Origin: Lama guanicoe
Lineage: Eukaryota
Assembly: GCA_013239625.1 (NCBI GenBank)
Contig: MU054187.1
Coordinates: 11,945,325 to 12,009,324 of the forward strand
DNA length: 64,000 nt
Direction of reading: 5' to 3'
A program made the position numbers and the translations under genes. The notes below the pieces were generated by a model. That model saw only the letters and a list, made by a program, of their open reading frames with translations. It was not told where the DNA came from and made no database searches. Positions 1 through 13,975 of the stretch are shown here, piece by piece; the first letter of the stretch is position 1, and the number at the start of each line of letters is the position of its first letter.

Positions 1-582
1 TATGAACATTGGGGTGCAGGTGTCTTTTTGAAATAGGGTTCCTTCTGGACATATGCCCAGGAGTGGGATTATTAGGTCATATGGTAAGTCTATTCCTAGT
101 CTTTTGAGGAATCTCCAAACTGTTTTGCACAGTGGCTGCACCAACCTGCATTCACTTCAGCGATGTAGGAGAGTTCCCTTTGCTCCACAGTCTCTCCAAC
201 ATTTGTCTTTTGTGGACTTTTGAATGATGACCATTCTGACTTGTGTGAGGTGATACCTCATTGTAGTTTTGATTTGCATTTCTCTCATACTCAGTGATAA
301 TGAGCATTTTTTCATGTGCCTGTTAGCCATTTGTATGTCTTCACTGGACAATTGCTTGTTTAGGTCTTCTGCCCATTTTTGGATTGAGTTTTTTTTTTTC
401 TTTAGTTGTATGATTTGTTTATATATTCTGGCAATTAAGCCCTTGTCAGTTTCATGTTTTGCAAAAATTTTCTCCCATTCTGTAGGTTGTCTTTTTGTTT
501 TGCTTATAGTTTCCATTGCTATGCAAAAGCTTCCAAGTTTAATTAGGTCCCATTTGTTTATTTTTGCTTTTATTTTTATTGG
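1..582 (-). mobile_element. LINE-1 ORF2 3' fragment (5'-truncated, continues off the window edge)
   Basis: Minus-strand ORF 157..516 reads [18 protein letters not shown]...[10 protein letters not shown]...[10 protein letters not shown]...[12 protein letters not shown], the typical L1 ORF2 C-terminal region. Confidence 0.95.
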
Positions 583-3500
583 ACTTCTAGCAAATTCTTA
601 GTTATCCCTTTCCTTTTCATCTTGGAGGCTGCCCCCGGGGATTCTGTGTCCAGCTAGGTTGATGGGGGAGCCCTGAGAGCCGAGCTGATGTGAAAATCAG
701 TGGCTGCAACCTGCTGTGATGTTTACAATGAGGAAATGCTCAGGAGGGATGTGACCAGGAGGTGGACGAATTGTCTTTTTTTTTAGTGACGTGTCCTTGT
801 AAAGAATGTTGATTTCCCCAAAGCAGAAAGTGTCCTTCATGTCCTTAGAATTGTCCAAATATAAAGAAAATTCAGATACATGCTGTGAAATTTTTACTGT
901 GTCAGGAAAAATCACCTCCACACCCTAAAAAAGAAAGACTGAGAACACCTCATGGATTTAAGTGGGTTTGTTCTGATAGGCTTCCACCAGATTCTTACGG
1001 ACCTGGAAAAAACTTGCACTGAAATCAATGCATGTTAAAAACCCCCCCAAGAAAAGAGTCTTTTCTGTGTTTTTGAGCCTACTAAGGAGGGCGTTTCTAG
1101 GTCATCTTTGTTGGGATTTTTTCCCTCAAAGGGAATGAGGCTGAGTTCTCACAGGTTAGTCAGCCCTCTTTCCCTACCACATCTTTGAGCATTTGAATAA
1201 ACTAATTTGTCCTTCTCTACCATTCCTCATGGCTGCTGACAGAACCTGAGTCCATCGGCCCTGATGGATAGACTCTAGGTAGGAGGCAGCTGCTGACGTC
1301 AGCTCTCAGACAGTGCCGTGTGTAACAAGCATGCCCACGGCAGAGGGGATTTTACCAGTTAGCGACTAGATGGTGTTTGTTTTTGTGCCTTTGATCTGCG
1401 TGTCTCTCCTTTGTGCTGAGACCCACTGCTCTCTCAGACGGCAGCTATGCAAAGACAGTGCATGTTTTACTGACCGCAACTGTGAGAGCTGACAATGACA
1501 GTGTTACTGATTTCAGAGGCTGCTTTCTAGAGAGGTTTTATTTGCACAAGATTGAAACTTGGTGTCTAGATAAAGTACAAATTACATTGTGCATTTATTC
1601 CCTCCTATAATACTTATGAATCTAGTTTTTACAAAACTGTGTTTGGCTTTTGTTTTGGTGACTGTACATTCCAGAAATACAAATTAATTTTCTTGGTGCT
1701 GTTAATGGACATAGGTGCAGTACTGTGAAATATGCATGTAAATTATTTGTACTGATTATTTTGAGTTCTCTTTTTATGTAACTTCATTTTTTGAGTAATC
1801 TTGTATAATATGATTAAAACTCTATTATACAAATCCTTATTTATTTCAGAAGTCTGACATTACGTGCTCTGGTTCAGTACCAAAGTGAATATTGAAGAAA
1901 ACCTCCATGGTTTTTAGATAGTTGGGCTAAAATATATCATTAATTTTTGTTGGAATAGTAATTTTGACATTATTCTAAGAGCTGGTCTGCTATGGTCTGC
2001 TTCTCATGTCCAGTCTATAAATGTAGAAATACATCTCTGTACATCTCTCTGTATTTTAACATATCTTCATTGCTCTTTCCCCATACATGTTGGGTGTATT
2101 TTTGGAGACATTTCATTGGGGTTTGTCCAGGTACTTCATGAACATCCAATAGAAGGTGGAGGCGTCCCATGTCCTGTAGGTTTGTGTTTGCTTATTTTCA
2201 ACTTCAAGTTGGCTTCTGCATTCATAAGTTAAGTTCTGTTAACTATTTTAAAAATATTTGCAATGTGCCTGTCAGCAAAGTCAAATCTCTAACATTTTGT
2301 GTATCAGGTATTTGACGTATGTCTGCAGCAGTGAAACTATTACCAAATGAAGGCAGTAAACATGCCCACACTCCCAAGAGCTCCTTTGAACTCAGGTGTC
2401 CCTTCTCACCTCTCTGTGGAGCTATTTGAGGATGTGGTTGAGGGTTTCTAAAGATGATTCTCTGTGACATATACACTGCGAATGTCTTTGAGGTTCCTCA
2501 TTATATCCAATATCTTTTCAGATCCTTCGCAATTTGGTTCTCCTTTTCTACCCTGGGTCTGATGTTTACGAACTTCTGTGGAAGCTTATTCTTCTTGCTG
2601 CCTCCTGGGGAGTTTCTAGTTTTCTCTTATTCGTCTGGAGGACCGTCTGGACCGTCTTTGCTGTGAGTATTACTAAAGTACCTGACACTGTCCTTTTAAT
2701 CACACCTAATAAGAATTTTTATAGTCACTGGACATTTTATTTGCCTGCCTGGGCCAGAATCCAAGAGTCTTTTCTTTGTTTCCTTTTAGATTACTAACTT
2801 GAACACAAATTAGTTTTGAAATGGAAATTTGTTGCAAAATCTTTATAGTAAGAACTCATTGAGCAAGACAACAGTATATTCTCAATGAGACAATGGGAAT
2901 TTATAAACTCTTCTCTTCAATAACAAAACAGGAAGGTTAAGTATTTGGTGAGCCCATCTATCTCTCCACCTGCCCCTGCCTGTGTGTTGGGTGACGGGAC
3001 AGGGAAGCTCAGTGTTCCCGAGCAAGTGTGAAGTTAAGGGAACGTCTGTGGCTTCCTGTTTGCCCTCCGTGGATGCATTCTTCTATTGCCACATTATTGC
3101 CACTGGAGCTTCACACTGTGATGATACTCCAATATCTTGGCAAGGTTAGGGGCTGGCCTTAGTCTCTGATCATCACTTAAAGTTTTGAATGAAGAAATAT
3201 GTGTTAAGAGTCAGGGAAATGTGTCTTTACATGGTATTACAGTGGAGTCCTGCCTGGGTTTTACTGAACTATTACTCCTCAGATGATGACTTGTGTCTGA
3301 GTCAAGAAGCACGTTCGCTTCTTGAAAATGGTCGCTGTCTGTCCTGCTGCTACGTGTGCTTTTACTACAGCCATTGCTCACTTTCGTTCTCGTCTGATGT
3401 CTCATTTGATGTCCGTTTGTTTTTAGTGGTCTTGACAAATCTTATGACCTCATATGTTACCATTGCTTATCAATTCAACAGTCAACTCTGTATAAGATTT

Positions 3501-4320
3501 CAGAAAACCTTTCATTAAATGAAAGGGGTGCATCTTAATCTTAGTATAAAGATTTTGCCTTTATTTTTCTTTTAGTTTTCTCCTCTCTGTCTCTCTCTTT
3601 CTTTTGAAGGTTACACAACAATCCAGGTTCTGGACTTAAGTGTGGATGTTTGGTTTGAAAAAAAAAAATTAGATAAATGATGCATTACAACAACACATCA
3701 TGAAAATAATATAGTTCAGTGTTGTTAAATATGAATATGCATTATGAAAATTGAATACAGTGATGTTTTTAATAGAATGTAAGCAGATCTTTTGTTCTAA
3801 AATAAGTTATTTACCAGTGTGCTATCAGAAATGGTGAGTGAAAGATCATGCCTTAAGTAGGAAATTTTGATTTTTCATCATATTAATTGTTATGCTGAAC
3901 CAAAGTGATAATTGTGATTTCAATGGATTACTGTTTTGATAGTTTATTAGAAGTTACAGATTTACTAATTACATGTTTTGAATTCAAATTTAATGTTTCT
4001 TCCTCTCCTAGGTAAAGCCTCCAGTGTGTCAAGGTAAGATATTAGGGTTTAGTTTCCTTTGTAATATTTTCTCAATACCAGGATTCGATGTGGATTTTAA
4101 TTCAACTAAGAGTAAACACAGTGACTTCTGATGTCTAACTGACTTCTCAACTCTTGAAAATTTTACTCCTGCGATGGTGTCTAAATGACATCATAGAGGA
4201 AGTTGGCATCTATTGAGCTAAGAGGCCAGGAGAGTCACAGGAGTAGGGAGACTAGGATGAGTTTAATTTTGCATAGCAACCTTTAGGAAGCAGGTGATGA
4301 GAAAGAGTCTAATGTTTGGA
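275..4320 (+). repeat. Arm A of a ~4 kb inverted segmental duplication (partner ~25715-29875)
   Basis: Colinear reverse-complement match throughout, e.g. 3189 atgaagaaatatgtgttaagag vs 26851 on the minus strand. ORFs 3189..3518(+) and 26503..26851(-) are homologous, and both arms share the same L1/unique-sequence junction. Confidence 0.93.
2849..4033 (+). pseudogene. Chain of micro-exon-like segments of an unidentified gene (2849-2935, 3427-3489, 3610-3652, 3818-3833, 4012-4033)
   Basis: AG/GT-bounded short segments, e.g. ttaccag|TGTGCTATCAGAAATG|gtgagt and tctcctag|GTAAAGCCTCCAGTGTGTCAAG|gtaaga. Most splice sites recur in arm B. Gene identity not recognised. Confidence 0.45.
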
Positions 4321-7300
4321 GTGAGTCCCTAACATGAGCTGGCTCTTGGTGAAAAGTAAAGATGCTGAAACACTACTTGAGCCTGTCAGGACTCTCCAGG
4401 CTGAGGGAGGGATGCAGATGTAGCCAGGCAGTGTGTGTCACAGCAGAGGGGAAACCATGGGCTGTGACTCAGAAGTGAAGGGAGCCATTCATGGCCTGGG
4501 GGAGAAATTTAAGGAGACTTGAATGAAATAATTTTTCTCTTTCTTTGCCTTTCTTTGCCATATGGTTAAATTTTATATATTAGAGTAAATTAAATGCATG
4601 TGCAAATCATCTGTTGTAAAAGGTTTTTGTGTAATAAATTACTGTCTGTCTCTTATGGTCAGTTATAACTTTATGAGACAGATTCTAACTGCCTTGGTCA
4701 CCACCGCTGTATTCCACGAGCCTGATGCTGCCGTGCAAAAGGTGCAGAGTTCAGGAGATGTGTGCTGAAGGAATGAACGGATACGTCATCCCTATTCGTA
4801 GGTGTTAGTCTGTAGCTTAACTGATATTTTCTGATCCCTTTCAATAGTTACATCGTTCCTTAACTCCTTTAGTGCATACTGGTTGAAAGTATGGTGTCTT
4901 TTACGTTACATTTACATTTTAGTTACTTTCTTAAAAATATTTAACTTTTAATAATAAAAGGCCATGTTTATCTTAGTGATTGATTAACTAATGAGTAGTA
5001 TGGACTCCTGGATTTTTTTTTCAGTCATCTCCATTATGTTACATCAGTATTTCTGGTATAAATAAGTATTTTTCTATCTTCCCCCACTGAACATTCATAT
5101 AAATACCTATTGGCTTTAGCATTAAAAAAATGTAAAATTGGTCACTATTTTCAGATGTGTGTATTGGAACACCTAGGGAAAATATAAAAGGAGCATATAA
5201 TAACCTTGCTCTAGTTCAGCGACTTCAGTTGTAGTTATTACCATTAATAAGTAGCAACTTCCTCAAAACGATTTTTAGGAAAGAGCAAAAACAATTTTAC
5301 TCTTACCTCACTGGACATCTTAAGTCATTTCGATCCCTCTTTAAGCTGCGTGGCTGAGAAATAAGTCTGTTTGCTGTCAACTTGTGCATCCATTAATGTG
5401 TAAAACCCTACGAGTGGATAATCACATAATAATCTGAATTTCTTTTAAAAGACTTACTTTAAGTTTAGATTATCTTTAGTGTTCTAACAAACACAATATT
5501 GAAGACCCATGAAGAACTGAATCGAGAGATGTTAAAATTTGATCAGTTTTCTTTTGCCAAACACCTGCATATTGTTGATTGGCAGGATAAGAACAGTGAA
5601 AACACAAGACTTTCAGTCTTTCATTGACACGTGTACTGTCTGTCTCGAGTACCTCTTCCTTCGGTAGGAGAGAAATGTAGTCTTCTGGATGTGAATTAGT
5701 CCATTATTCACTTCTGCATTTAACAAGAAAAACGAGTCTTCTATTATAGCATCATATTAAAAATGGCAGACCTACTGAGTCTGTGTATTGAGGTCAGCCA
5801 TCTGCCTAAGGGTTTTTGGTTCTGTTTATTTTTTTCAAAAACCGGATTTTCTTTTCTCCATGTTACTTGCGTAACTTCCAGAAACTTCTAGACACATACA
5901 CAATTCCTTCCTTCCTGTGTCCCTTTTTTCCTTTCCCCTCATGTGAATAACATTATTTAAAATACGCTACCCATTTTTAACATAAAGATATACTTTGGAG
6001 GATTTTTCTTATCAGAACATATAGAACGATCTTATATTTTTATGGTAATTTATAACTTACCTATGTGCTACTTTATTTAACTCTGGCCTTATTGCTGGAC
6101 AAATAGTTCACTTTCAAGGTTGTTTCTATTATAAACAACAATGCAGTATGCTTACTTAATCTTAAGCGTGTGTGTTTATCTAACATAAAATTTCTAGAGG
6201 TGGGATTGCTGCATTAATGGCTACATTCACTTAGAATTGTGGTGTATTCTGCCAACTGGCTGTCCCCGACATACATTAATTTACTATTTATCAACAGTGC
6301 TTGAACATGGTTGATTCCATACATACCTGCCAGTACTTTTCATTTGTTTCCAAATATGATGAGTGAGAAATCAATTTTTATGCAAATTTAAATTAACATA
6401 AATATTTGGCATTTTAAAATATTTTAAACTATTTTTTATTGCAAGATCTTCCTTTTCCTGCCATTCCTTATTTTGTCTTCTTTTCTTACTGATTTACAAC
6501 AGCTTTATACATATTTATTAAGAAAGCCGACCCATTCTCTGTCATGCATAATAAAGTAAATTTGTTGATACATTTTGGTTTTGTTAATTTGTTTTTTTCA
6601 GATTAATTATATTACATTTATGTATATATTTAAAAGCCAAACATATTTATATGATAGCTTTTAGTTTTTTGACATGCCTCAAAAAGCCTCCAGCATTTCA
6701 AAACTTTTTTTAAAATAGTTGTTTCTTCTTTTTTTTTTTTTTTCCTGTTTAAATCTTTGGTTTACATAAAACACTCTGGTATAGCTGCTAAAATTGTAGT
6801 ATAATTCATGATTTCCCCCAAGTTGATGAGCAGGTAATTCAGCACTCTCTATGGAGTGGCACATCTTTTCCTCTGTATCACTTACATTCTGTTGAGGACT
6901 ATAAAAGACAGTGATTTAAAAGACAAATTCCATTTGGTCTGACAGGTAGGTCTACAGGTCCAGGACACCTCAATGCATGTAGTTTGTGGGGGCGGCCCTG
7001 CTGTGTGGATTTCCCGTGCTCCTGGAAGCAGAGGCAAACTGGAAGATGCTCCATGGGGGAGGACAAAAGTGCCAGAGGACGAGCAGCACCACGTAACACA
7101 TCAGTTCTTAGCCTCATAACTAGGACGTGGTCTCCTGGCCACATTCTTCTGCCGAAAGCCAGCTGGTTACCTGACAAGGCCCAATGTCACGGAGCTCAGA
7201 TGTACACTCGGCTTCTGATGAGGCCAGGGCAAGGGTGTGGATGTAGGAGGAGTGAAGCATTGGGACCAGTAATTTAATCTATGGCATTCTCACTGATTTA

Positions 7301-8789
7301 AATGCTGTCTTTGCTATATATTAGTTTTTCCATATATTCCAGTCTGTTTCTCAGTTCAGTTTTGTCCACTGATTTAATTCAATCTTCCTGGGAAGATACC
7401 AAGCTGGTTTGCTTATTCCCTTCAGTAGTGTTTTGCAGCCTTCTTTAAATTTTTGTTTTCCTTTTTCATTGCGATTTAGGAATTTCAACTATATTTACCA
7501 AGCAACTTTTATTTAAAGAAAAGCTATTTATTTATATATGTATTAATTTCAAATAACCGTCCTGTTAAATCATCATATTGTATTATACCATCCTTCTGTA
7601 AATTCTCTGGAGTGGTCTGGGTACATGGTCATATCATTTACATATAAAGATAATCTCACCTCCTCAGTGTTTTTCTGTGATTCATTCTTCTGGATAATTG
7701 TACTGATTAGTTCTTCCAAAGTAGTAGTAAGTAATTATTGTGATACTAGACACATTGTCTTTATTCTGACTTTAGGGAAAACGAAGGCCCATTTGTTTTC
7801 AGTTGTCAATTGTTAACCTTAAAAATAATTATACCCCTAGTCACTATCCAGGATAATTACTTCTGGAATCTCTGTATATTGCCTTCAAATTAGGATTGAT
7901 GGTGAATGCACAGCATGTTCTGCATGACAAGAAACTGAAATTCGGTCTTATATTATCAACATTCTCCACTTTTTCCTTGATTTTAATATGCTTTGTCTTT
8001 TAATATTTTCAGGTAATTTCCTTGAAAGTCTGAATCTCTGATTTATTTGTTGTGGTATTTCCAGGTATATCATGGTGGTTGGGTAGGAAAAAAATGTTTT
8101 CTGAATGAAACAACAAATGGGTTGATTGATTAACTTTTGTTATGGAATTTGGGCATTTTATTCTAGACTTTCATTCTAGACTTCAGATTTCATTCTGAAG
8201 AAAACCAGTGTGAACTGCCCTGAGTGATATGGGAGGTTTACTGGAAGGCATTCCTGTTGCTCAGATTGTGGGGAAGGGCTGAGCAAGCAAGCCTGGGGCA
8301 GTTGTGAATATCTTCAAGCTGAGATCTCTGTAGAGTTTTCTCTCTTACCCACATCTCTGCTTCTCTTTCCTGGTTGGCCTCAGTCTCTCCTGCAGCAGAT
8401 TGATTTTTTCCATGTGGTGTGGGATTTTCTATGAGCTAGCAACCATTTCTCATCACCTTTCTGGGAGGAAATAACTCCCCTCTGTCCATATGCATATACT
8501 CCCAGCTCTGCTATGAAAAACCTTGAAGAAAATATCTGATTAGCCCAGCTTGAGTCCTGTGCCTCTTCCTGTAGCTGGAGGCAGTTTGTGGGGTCCACGC
8601 ATGGCAGCTTGTAGTGCAGCTGGTTGGTGGAGGAACAGGACTTTCCTCAGAAAACTGGGAAGACATGGTGGACAAAGCTTCAACAACAGAGATCTAAAGC
8701 AGGTGAATTGGTTTCTCCTTTTTTTTTTTAGTTTCCTTCTCCTGTCCCATTTTACCTATTTCCCCTTCCCCCTCCCCCTCCCCCCCTGT

Positions 8790-8890
8790 NNNNNNNNNNN
8801 NNNNNNNNNNNNNNNNNNNNNNNNNNNNNNNNNNNNNNNNNNNNNNNNNNNNNNNNNNNNNNNNNNNNNNNNNNNNNNNNNNNNNNNNNN
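8790..8890. other. Assembly gap (101 N)
   Basis: Run of N following a C-rich tract. Confidence 1.
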
Positions 8891-11800
8891 GCTCTGGGGT
8901 TGTTACCTGTTTGGAGAATATTATCATGAGTGGAGCTTCAGTGGAGAAGGAATAAGAATGTGTCACACACAGATTACTCTGTAAGAAAAACAAATTCGAA
9001 TGAATGAGGCAGAGTTTCGAGCTAGTGTGACTGAGAAAAAACACAAAGCTAAGAAGCTTAAGGTTGGGTTTAAGCAATAAGTTTTGGATTTATACTCAAT
9101 ATTTGTTCTCTAGAATTGACAAATAACTTTTTATTTTTCCTCCAGAAATTTCCTTGACTAATTTTATTTGAGACATGACAACAAAGTGCTGAGATTGTGG
9201 CTCTTTGCCCCCCTAATTCTGTTTTTCATGCTGGGGCTCTCAACACAGTCTAAATCAAAGCTTTATTAGATGAGGAGTCCGTAGACCTGGTTGTGGGCAT
9301 GACATCACCTCAGCCTTCACAGGAAGCTCTTGGTAGAAACCAGGGTAGAAAACCAGGGCTTCGGACTCCAGTGTCACTGCGAGGGCTTATGAGGGATTGT
9401 GCTATTGTTGAAAAAATGGGCATTCTGCTCTGGTGTCAATGACCAAATTACAGAATTTACCACTGTAATATGGATTCCATAAATGTTGTTTTATTATTAT
9501 TTAGATTCTGGCCCTCTGTTGACAAAAATACCTAGAGAAACAACAAAATGTTTTAGCCATTTGAATGTTGATTTCATGGGGCAAAAGGATGGAGAGAAAT
9601 ATTAAGGCATTACCAAATATCTTCTTAATTCAGACTTTGACAAATTGACTTTGTCTCCAATAATTTCATCTGAGACACGCTTTCTTCCTCAGTAGCAAAG
9701 GTGTTCATACTGTAGCTATGAGTCCTTCATCACTGTTCTAGGCACCATTAACAAAGAGTGTCTTTGTTTCAACTTATCTGTAATGTTACAGTTACACACA
9801 TTTCTAACTATAGATACACAAAGTCATATTCCTGCAGATCTATGTGTGTTCTTAAAGGAAATGTATAGAATACAGCATATGTACGCATGCATATATTGAA
9901 AGAGCTGTCTGAGTGATTTGGGAAAAGAGTTAGCTGTTTTACATACATCTAGGGATTTTCATCTTATTTTAAAAGTTGTAGCAAATGAGTCAGAGTGGTA
10001 TTAAAAGGGGAAAACTGTTTTCCTGCTTCCAGGAAGATGCAAAGAAGAGGCTCAGTCACTTAAGCTCTAGGAGTTCTTTTCTTAGGTCTCACATGTAAGA
10101 CATTGCAGATATAAAGTGGAGAGAAGCCAAGAAGGAGAACATATTGGGGGGGCGGGGCAGGGTAAGAGAAGTTTGGGAAAGGACTTTCCCCCACTGCACA
10201 TTATCCTAAGAATAATTAGCATTACAAAAAAAGAAGAATATTTGCCCTTTGTTCTAGAACGATTGAATGGAGCCCTATGAGACATAACCCTAGTCTTGGT
10301 AGATTTAACAAAAAGGATGACATTTTTTAACAAAAAGGAAGTTAAATGACTGAGTAAATTTTAATGTGTTAACATAAGAAGGATTTGTGACACCTCCTCT
10401 CATGCTGATCCTTTACTTCCTCTCTTTCTCCGCCTTTAAACACATGCAGAGAAAATGGTAAACTTTGTGATTCTTGTTTTTTCCATCTAACATTGTTTCT
10501 GTCACTTTTGTGCTGTGACTGATGGTATTTCATTAGATGGTAGAAGAATTCCTCCAGTTCCAGGCTGTTAAAGAACAAATCCTTCAATGTACAACCTTTT
10601 TTTCAGTCTTAGAGGATTCTAAGACTTACGCATTTTCCCATGCTCTTACTCCAGTGAGGGCTGTATTTAGGTCTAATAATTACTGGATAATATTTTAACA
10701 TAGAAAGTTTGAATTTCAAAATTCAAGAGATTGAAGACTTGATTACACACAATTTAAGAACTAGAAGAGTAGAGTACAGCAGAATTTCCATCACAGTCTT
10801 CCCTGATAGGATTCACTTTTCATTTTCCATCTCAAAGCACGGTGGTTGATACAATGAAGATACTGGCCACCCTTTTCCAGAGAGACCACTCGCCTGTGGT
10901 CACACCTCATGTGAACATTTTTGGCATTTCCCAACATGGCAGACATTCGTGTTCATTTCACTAGGAAGTAATTATAAACTTAAGTGACAATATGCATTAT
11001 GATTTGTGTCTAGTATCTCGCACACACAAAAAAGTAGATGCCAAAGCCTTTGCTGCACATACAGTCTGGACAGTCCAGGATGTAGGCAGGAAACTAGTTC
11101 AGACCATGTGTCTCCAACTTCCAGTGTGTGTAATGTGAGCTGTCAGTGACTGACTCCTTTATACAAGCTTAGAGGGTAATGACTTTGTGACTAAAAAGGG
11201 CTTTGATCTGTTTTTTGAGATACAATGACTAATTTTTCTTTCTGAGTCTTTCTTATTATGGCAGGATACATTCCAAAGGGTATAACAGTATCTTTATTAA
11301 TCACCTCAAAGTGACTCAGTTGATGCAATCATGACAGTTCAGTTCTTAGGTGGCAAGAAGCTTTGGTAAATATCTGGATAGTCTCAAGATTGAGAAGAAT
11401 CACTCACCCTTATATTTATGTTACATGAATGTCTATGATGGTGCTTTTGTCAAAGTATTCTTTGAGGATGGGGAAGAAGTGGGTGATGGAAAGTAGGACT
11501 TCAACTCCAGGATCCTTCCCTTTTTGGCTTACGACTGTCAGGTGGGATCCAGAGAGAGAATCAAGAGACATGGTGTTAGCATTAATTGAAGAATTTGGAG
11601 TTTGGAGGACTTTTTTTTTTTTTGCCTTTTTATTTAAACATCATATTGATACAGATGGATAAACAAAAGCATGGAGCAGGAGTTTATACATTTACTTTCT
11701 GAACAGAAGAGACCAGCCATGAAAGAAATGAACTGATCTGTTTGTAATATATTCTTTTGGAATTGACAACAGGTGCATGTGTAGCCACAGAGTTCAGGTA

Positions 11801-13094
11801 AACAGGACTGAGCTCTTCACCGAATAAGCTCCACTTTATTCCTCTGTCCATTGTACCTTTTCTCTCATGGAAGGTTATCTTCCACCCCGTTTCTCCCATA
11901 TGGTGTGATTTTTATAAGTTAATCTCAAAAAAAATTTTTTTAAAGGATTTTTACTAAGCAAGTTAAATCCTACAAATATAATGCTAGAATATTTGAGCTA
12001 AGACAATTTTACTTATAGCTTGTCCTGGTTTAAAAAATTCAGGGCATCCATTTAAAATTATAATCATAGGTTGAAATTCAGTTTGCTTTTATAAACTGCA
12101 TACTCTTAACGTGTAACACATGTATTGAGTGAGTAGCACTGATTTGAAAAGATGCCATAAGTATTTAAAATTTTTTGATCCATCATCTCTTATTGTCACT
12201 TCGTCTCATGCTCTGGAGCTGTGGGTCTCACATGTGAATGTGCAAATGAGTCCTCTGGAGGAGCTGGTCTCAAGTGTTGCTTTCTTGGTTCCTCCAGAAG
12301 GTCTATTTCAAGATGTCTGACAGAGAACTTCATATTTTTGCACTTTGAAAAATGTCTCCCTGCCTCTGAGGGAATTTTAATGTTGCCAAACTATTGATCT
12401 GGCTTTTGGGAAGCAGTTATAGAAATTCCTCAAGGGCTTGGTACCTAAGCAGTTCCACGTGTTTTCCATTTCTTTCTCTAAATTGAATTCAGGTTTATTG
12501 GCCTGTAATTCCCTGGTTCATCTCTTGTTCCACACGTAAATTTGGCAATTACAAGCAGTACTTTTTCTGCCTCCCCGTCTGCCCTTTGATGCTTAGATAC
12601 ATCTGCTCTCTTCCACTCTTCCTAATGTGGAGTGTGCAGGGAAGGGAGGTTGAAATGTCTTAAGGCTATTATGAGTTTTAACTGATTGTATTCAAAAAGT
12701 TATCACTGCATTTTCTCTTCCATTTTCCTAATGGTGACCTCTTCCTCCCCTTCCTTCTTAACCATCTAATTACTTTAAACAGGCACAGGTATAATTTAGC
12801 TAGATAGTTTACTTTATTTACTTTTTTTTTCCTGTACACATTTTGGGAAGTCTACATCTTTGCTGTTTTGAACAACTGGACTTACTGAATTCCCTTGCAC
12901 ATCATAGAATTGTAAGTTTGGTTGTGTTGAGTGTCTCTTCTCCAATTGTCATCTTCATAGACTTGCCTTCTTTGTCTTGAAAAATAGCCAGTATTTTTTT
13001 TAATATTTTTCAAAATAATGCCCTTTACTCTACTGATGGTATTACTTGATCAAATACATGAAACATGATTCATTTAATCACCTTAATACAAGGG

Positions 13095-13725
13095 ATTCCA
13101 TCCCACTCTTGGACATATATCCAGAAGGAACCCTGCTTCAGGATGACACCTGCACCCCAATGTTCATAGCAGCACCATTTACAATAGCCAAGACATGGAG
13201 ACAGTCTAAATGTCCATCAACGGATGACTGGATAAAGAAGAGGTGGTATATTTATACAATGGAATACTACTCAGCCATAAAAGCCGACGACATAATGCCA
13301 TAATGCCATTAAACATGGATGCTCCTGGAGAATGTCATTCTAAGTGAAGTAAGCCAGAAAGAGAAAGAAAAATACCATAAGAGATCACTCATATGTGGAA
13401 TATAAAAAATAAATAAATAAATAAATACAGAACAGAAACAGACTCATAGACATAGAATACAAATTTGTGGTTGCCAAGGGGGCAGTGGGTGGGAAGGGAC
13501 AGACTGGGATTTCAAAATTTATAGATACTGACAGGCATATGCAGAATAGATAAACAAGGTTATACTGTATAGGACAGGGAAATATATACAAGATCTTGTG
13601 GTAGGTCCCAGTGAAACAAAATGTGACAATGAATATATGTATGTTCATGTATAACTGAAAAATTGTGCTCTACACTGGAATTTGACACAACATTGTAAAA
13701 TGACTATAACTCAATTAAAAAAAAA
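13095..13725 (+). mobile_element. LINE-1 3' end (ORF2 tail, 3'UTR, A tail)
   Basis: Peptide IPLLDIYP...CTPMFIAAPFTIAKTW...CPSTDDWIKK.WYIYTMEYYSAIK, followed by a 3'UTR ending gactataactcaattaaaaaaaa. Confidence 0.95.
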
Positions 13726-13734
13726 GTGAAAAAA

Positions 13735-13975
13735 AAAGTGAGCCCTAATATAAACTATGGACTTTGGTTGATAATAATGTGCCCATGTTGGTTCATCGAT
13801 TGTACCAAATATGCCACACTGATGAGGGATGCCGTGGGTAGGGGAGTATATATGTGTGGGTGGGGAGGGCTATGTGTGAACTCTCTGTATTTTCTGCTCA
13901 ATTCTGCTGTGAACCTGAAAGTGTTCTAAAAAAAAATGTCTTTTAATAAAAATATTTTTAAATAAATAAATAAAA
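13735..13975 (+). mobile_element. Older L1M-type 3'UTR fragment
   Basis: gagccctaatataaactatggactttgg...ctgtgaacctgaaagtgttctaaaaaa resembles recalled L1MC/L1MD-type 3' ends; A-rich tail. Confidence 0.65.
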
